Assembly (NCBI GenBank): GCA_964575955.1
Contig: CAZNTG010000009.1
Coordinates: forward strand, 82,404-146,403
Direction: 5' to 3'
DNA: 64,000 nt
DNA from: an uncultured Thermoproteaceae archaeon
GTDB lineage: Archaea > Thermoproteota > Thermoprotei > Thermoproteales > Thermocladiaceae
Under the pieces are notes generated by a model. That model did no database searches, was not told where the DNA came from, and was given only the letters and a program-made list of their open reading frames with translations. The translations under genes were made by a program, and so were the position numbers. Positions 59,982-64,000 of the stretch are shown here, in pieces. Every line of letters begins with the position of its first letter. Position 1 is the first letter of the stretch.

Positions 59982-60698
59982 TTACCTCAGTAATAGGTAT
60001 GCTGTTAGTGATGTGAAGATTGGTATTGATAAATTATCTTCAATTCCATAAGCTTCACATACTGCAGCTACTGCAGATATTGTGAATGCTTTTAAGATTG
60101 GTACTCCAATACAGACTAGAACTATTAAATATGCTAGCATTCCTGTAATACATCCTTCAATAGTCACTATTGATAGTGGTAGTCTATGTCTACCATATAT
60201 AGATCCTGATACTGCACTTACAGTATCATATACTGCAAGTCCAAGAATTCCATATAGTGCATATGTGTGAAATAGTACATAGCTACATAATACACCTATA
60301 GATCCCATAAGTATTCCAACAAAACTATACCTCTTCTCATAATCTCTCTGTGCAATTTCAATTATCTCTCTCATCTTAGATTCAAACTTTTGAAATGATG
60401 TTTGAAGTTGATATATTATGTTTTGTAGTGGTTGTGAATGTAGTTGTGGAAATATTTTTAAGAAAGATTTCATAAGTATTTCCAACTGACCTCTAATAGC
60501 TTCATGTATTATACTTCTCTTGAAATATACTACATATACTATACTTGCAACTACTGTTATAATGACATAACATGCATCTACAGGTATGTACTTTTCAATT
60601 ACTCCATGTATGAGTATTGGTATTAGTAGCAGTGATGAGAATATTGCATGTATAATCTTCCTGATTATTACACCTCTCTTTTTAAGTTTCTCACTCAC
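59982..60698 (-). CDS. Dolichol/phytol kinase-like (cytidylyltransferase family) membrane protein
   Basis: RKIIH, D..SA..G..YGRH, TIEG, EDNLSIP. Confidence 0.8.
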   Translation of the reverse strand: MSEKLKKRGVIIRKIIHAIFSSLLLIPILIHGVIEKYIPVDACYVIITVVASIVYVVYFKRSIIHEAIRGQLEILMKSFLKIFPQLHSQPLQNIIYQLQTSFQKFESKMREIIEIAQRDYEKRYSFVGILMGSIGVLCSYVLFHTYALYGILGLAVYDTVSAVSGSIYGRHRLPLSIVTIEGCITGMLAYLIVLVCIGVPILKAFTISAVAAVCEAYGIEDNLSIPIFTSLTAYLLLR

Positions 60699-60735
60699 TA
60701 ATCTCTACATACGAAATTTTAGACTCCTCTTAACT

Positions 60736-61716
60736 CTATCGCAATTCTGCTTTAAGATGTAACATTAGTCTTGATGTAGATTTAAAATATTTTGAAACTT
60801 CTTCATTAGGCATTCTTAATTGTGGTAGTGTTCTACATATTCTAAAAAATGATAATTTATCACGAAAGCTTTTTAGAACATTATAAAGTTTCTCAACATC
60901 ACTATCAAGTACTGCAATTGCTGGTCCATTACCTGATAGTAATGTTGCTGTTGGTTTAAATTCTCTCTGAATTCTATATATGAGATTTAGATCATATCCA
61001 AGTAGTATAGACATGTATATTGTGTTTAATGATGCTGCTTCTAGTGGATTTTTAAATGCTAGATTGTATATTTTTTCAAATATATTTCTAATCTTAGGAT
61101 CATTTCTCATATTTCTAAATCTCTCTACTAGATCTCTTGGTCTTTGCCAATTGTTGAATATCATTATTAGTACTTTTAAATCATCATCAACATCTACTAT
61201 AGAGTCTATTCTATATTCATCATTTATAGTATATACTAGTCCTCCAATTACACTTGCTGTTGCATCATCTAGAGCTCCTGTGTATGATATTCCAAGTTTT
61301 TTACATATTTTACAGCTAATTTTTATACAATCTTCAATTTTCATTTCAGGTTTTGAAAGTGCTGCTATTCCAATTGCTATTCCAGATGTTACACTACTAC
61401 TACTTTTTAATCCGCTTCCTGATGGTATGCATGATCTTACACTTATTGTAAATCTATCTTCTATTCCAAGTTCTCTTCTATACATATTTACAAACTTCTG
61501 TAATGTGTCAGAATCTGCTGAATCTATGTAGTCTCTATCTGATGTTTTTATGACTATGTGTGTTGGTATGTCTATTGCAAGTGCTGAACCTCTGCCACAG
61601 GGTAGAGCATTTACGATTGTTATCGCACTAAATGTTACTATGTTTATCATTTCTGAAGTTGTTGTTGTCATTGATCTACGTGCATAATCTACACTATGAG
61701 TGAAATTATTTTTCAC
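60736..61716 (-). CDS. aroK: Archaeal shikimate kinase (GHMP family)
   Basis: AITIVNA..CG.GSA, IPSGSGLKSSS, TGALDDA, SGNGPA. Confidence 0.9.
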   Translation of the reverse strand: MKNNFTHSVDYARRSMTTTTSEMINIVTFSAITIVNALPCGRGSALAIDIPTHIVIKTSDRDYIDSADSDTLQKFVNMYRRELGIEDRFTISVRSCIPSGSGLKSSSSVTSGIAIGIAALSKPEMKIEDCIKISCKICKKLGISYTGALDDATASVIGGLVYTINDEYRIDSIVDVDDDLKVLIMIFNNWQRPRDLVERFRNMRNDPKIRNIFEKIYNLAFKNPLEAASLNTIYMSILLGYDLNLIYRIQREFKPTATLLSGNGPAIAVLDSDVEKLYNVLKSFRDKLSFFRICRTLPQLRMPNEEVSKYFKSTSRLMLHLKAELR

Positions 61717-61786
61717 CCTTAGAAATAAGTCTTATTTACGTGTCCTGACAATGTGCATATTTGTGTTTATAATTTCTCAATCTACA

Positions 61787-63154
61787 CTATTTAATACTCC
61801 TAACTTTCTCTAAGAGTGCATAGAAAAATCCAACGGTTCCATGTTTGTGAGGCCATGCTCTCATAGTACCTTCTAGAAAACCTTCTGAGAATGGTCCTCT
61901 TAGTGGTACTATCTTGACAATATTTTCATACTTCTTCAATATCTTCTTAATAACTTCTTCACATTCTTCTGGAAGTATGCTACATGTTGTATATAGTATT
62001 CTACCTCCAGGTTTACATATTCTTATCGCTGTTTCAAGCATCTTATACTGCATTTGTGCTATTTCAATAATTTTTTCAGGTCTTAATCTCCATCTAACTT
62101 CTGGATATTTTGCTAATGTTCCTGTTGATGAACATGGTGGATCTAGTAGTACTTTATCTGCAATTTCTTCACCAAGTATTTTTGGTGCTTCTAGACAATC
62201 CTTCTTTATAATTTTGACATTTGTTATTCCAAGTCTCTTCAATGTCCTTCTCATTCTTTCAATCCTATCGTCATCTATGTCAAATGCATATATCGTACCT
62301 GTATTCTTCATAAGTTCAGCCATATGACTAGTCTTACCTCCAGGTGCTGCACACATATCAACAACTACCTCACCTGGCTTTGGGTCAAGTATTATTGATG
62401 CTAATGCACATGCTTCATCTTGATTAACTATCTTACCTTCTCTATATAGTGAACATTCTTCAAATTTAAAAGGTCCTTCAAATTTAACTACAGTATCTAC
62501 ATATCTACTTCTAACAACTTTCTTACCATGCTTCTTTAAGTGTTTTATAACTTCTTCAACAGTTGCTTTTAATGTATTTACTCTAACAGATATTAGTGGT
62601 TTTGTATTGAAAGCTTTTAATAATTCTTCAGTCTCTTCAGGTCCTAACAAACTTTTCAATTTCTCTATAAGCCATGCAGGTACTAGATATTTTAATTCAA
62701 GTACTTCAACATCATTTGAAGGTACATATTTATAATTTTTCAAAACTTTATCAACAACATCCCAATACCACACACCTACATATGGATGTGTTTTATCAGA
62801 TATGAATTTAGCAATACCACCTCTAATAACTCCAAAAAGTTCTTCATCAACATCTCTATCGTTAAACACTAAGAAGAAACATGCAACACGTAGTGCTGCT
62901 CTAAGCCATGGATCTAGAATATATATTGATGGTATACCAGTAGCACGAACAATAGCTTTATCAATAATTCCAAGTCTCCTCATGATCTTGTAGTATATAG
63001 CTGTCAAAATTCTATCCTTAGACGTACCTAAAATACCATATCTATCAAAAATTCTACGCTTAGCCTCTTGACTAGGATGAACATACTCAGCTTCCTTAAC
63101 AACCTCAACAAGAGCACACAAATCATCTTTTTCTAAAACAACATCATTAACCAT
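61787..63154 (-). CDS. RsmB/NSun RNA m5C methyltransferase with NusB-like N-domain
   Basis: RVNTLK, DMCAAPGGKT, DPPCSSTG, YTTCS. Confidence 0.93.
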   Translation of the reverse strand: MVNDVVLEKDDLCALVEVVKEAEYVHPSQEAKRRIFDRYGILGTSKDRILTAIYYKIMRRLGIIDKAIVRATGIPSIYILDPWLRAALRVACFFLVFNDRDVDEELFGVIRGGIAKFISDKTHPYVGVWYWDVVDKVLKNYKYVPSNDVEVLELKYLVPAWLIEKLKSLLGPEETEELLKAFNTKPLISVRVNTLKATVEEVIKHLKKHGKKVVRSRYVDTVVKFEGPFKFEECSLYREGKIVNQDEACALASIILDPKPGEVVVDMCAAPGGKTSHMAELMKNTGTIYAFDIDDDRIERMRRTLKRLGITNVKIIKKDCLEAPKILGEEIADKVLLDPPCSSTGTLAKYPEVRWRLRPEKIIEIAQMQYKMLETAIRICKPGGRILYTTCSILPEECEEVIKKILKKYENIVKIVPLRGPFSEGFLEGTMRAWPHKHGTVGFFYALLEKVRSIK

Positions 63155-63281
63155 GATTAGAGCAATAATAAAAATATGTATAAGAAACTTAAAACCTTCT
63201 CAAAAAACTTAAAAATAATAAACACGAAAAATTGATAGGCAAAAACACAAAAAACCAAAAATAAAAATGCAGACAGAAGTA

Positions 63282-63359
63282 GGGGCCGTAGTCTAGCCTG
63301 GCTAGGATGCGGGCCTGGGGCGCCCGTGAGCCCGGGTTCAAATCCCGGCGGCCCCACCA
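63282..63359 (+). tRNA. tRNA-Pro(GGG), intronless, CCA encoded
   Basis: GGGGCCG...CGGGC-CT-GGG-GC-GCCCG...CCGGG-TTCAAAT-CCCGG-CGGCCCC-A-CCA. Confidence 0.95.
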
Positions 63360-63488
63360 ATTAACTACTCTAGACATATCTCTCACCTATCAATATGATT
63401 AGCATATTGGCATATGTGATAGACTATCTCTAGAAGTTTAACACTGTAGGAATTGGTAAAAATTAAGCATAGATAGAAACATTTAGAA

Positions 63489-64000
63489 ATGTTAGATCAT
63501 TATCTCTCGAGAAAGGCTATGAATAGTATGCATAGGTTATCTAAAATCATGATTGCTTCTATATTAACTGTAGTGGCTATTTCAATCTTGTGTTATGTAC
63601 TGCCTCTAGTACATGTTTATGAGCATGTTGAGTATTTTCATGGTATTAACGTCAGGATTGCTTATTTTAAATTGCTAATTCCTAAGGAACCTGTATTTGA
63701 GATTAGATATTTTAATCTGAGCAATCCGCTTCCTGTAACTGTCTCTGTATATATCATTGAGCCGCCCTTCACAATTAGGGAGCTTGGTTTCTATCATGGT
63801 AGAGGTGTTGTAAAGCTTGACTACGATAAGCTAGTTCAAGTATATAGAAAGTGGATTGCCTATCTGCGGGAGAAGGGTGTTGATCCTAGTGCGGTTGAGA
63901 TTGGTCTTATACTACTCGCAAATGCACATACAAGAAACGGAATATACCACATATTCAGGATCGTGCCAATAAAACCGATAAGACTACTCAAGGGCTACTC
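63489..64000 (+). CDS. Secreted or membrane-anchored hypothetical protein; runs off the window end
   Basis: Manual translation is open from ATG 63489 (alternative ATGs at 63519 and 63528) to the window end; hydrophobic segment IMIASILTVVAISILCYVLPLV. Confidence 0.6.
   Translation, partial: MLDHYLSRKAMNSMHRLSKIMIASILTVVAISILCYVLPLVHVYEHVEYFHGINVRIAYFKLLIPKEPVFEIRYFNLSNPLPVTVSVYIIEPPFTIRELGFYHGRGVVKLDYDKLVQVYRKWIAYLREKGVDPSAVEIGLILLANAHTRNGIYHIFRIVPIKPIRLLKGY

Noticed and set aside
1814-62993. Many other 60-180 aa antisense ORFs rich in Ser/Ile/Phe
   Set aside because: They are mirror frames of well-supported genes and are expected from the codon bias.
63157-63386. ORFs 63157-63360 and 63189-63386 (minus strand)
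   Set aside because: These are antisense translations of tRNA-Pro and its A-rich upstream region.

Overview
AT-rich (roughly 30% GC by eye) chromosomal segment of a hyperthermophile-type crenarchaeon, probably Thermoprotei and Thermoproteales-like (inferred from the RadA and AtpA style, the split atpE-atpA operon and a non-canonical tRNA intron). It holds about 68 densely packed CDSs, mostly housekeeping: pyrBID, aroCEK, hisAB, carA, glmS, radA, priL, atpEA, an Opp/Dpp ABC transporter and many RNA-modification enzymes. It also has tRNA-Pro(GGG) and a tRNA-His whose 27-nt intron appears to split the anticodon itself. The main structure missed by the ORF track is a set of 11 C/D-box guide sRNAs on two recurring scaffolds. 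Five overlap stop codons, three form a tandem array, and one is complementary to the tRNA-His in this window. Other points of note are an orphan Csx1 (CARF-HEPN) gene behind a perfect palindrome and a wHTH gene, an aminotransferase apparently starting at CTG, a degenerate IorA-like protein, a cluster-less glutamate synthase FMN domain paired with AsnA, and a possible RelE remnant. No CRISPR array, rRNA gene or intact mobile element was seen. All product calls come from motif recognition by eye, with no database searches.
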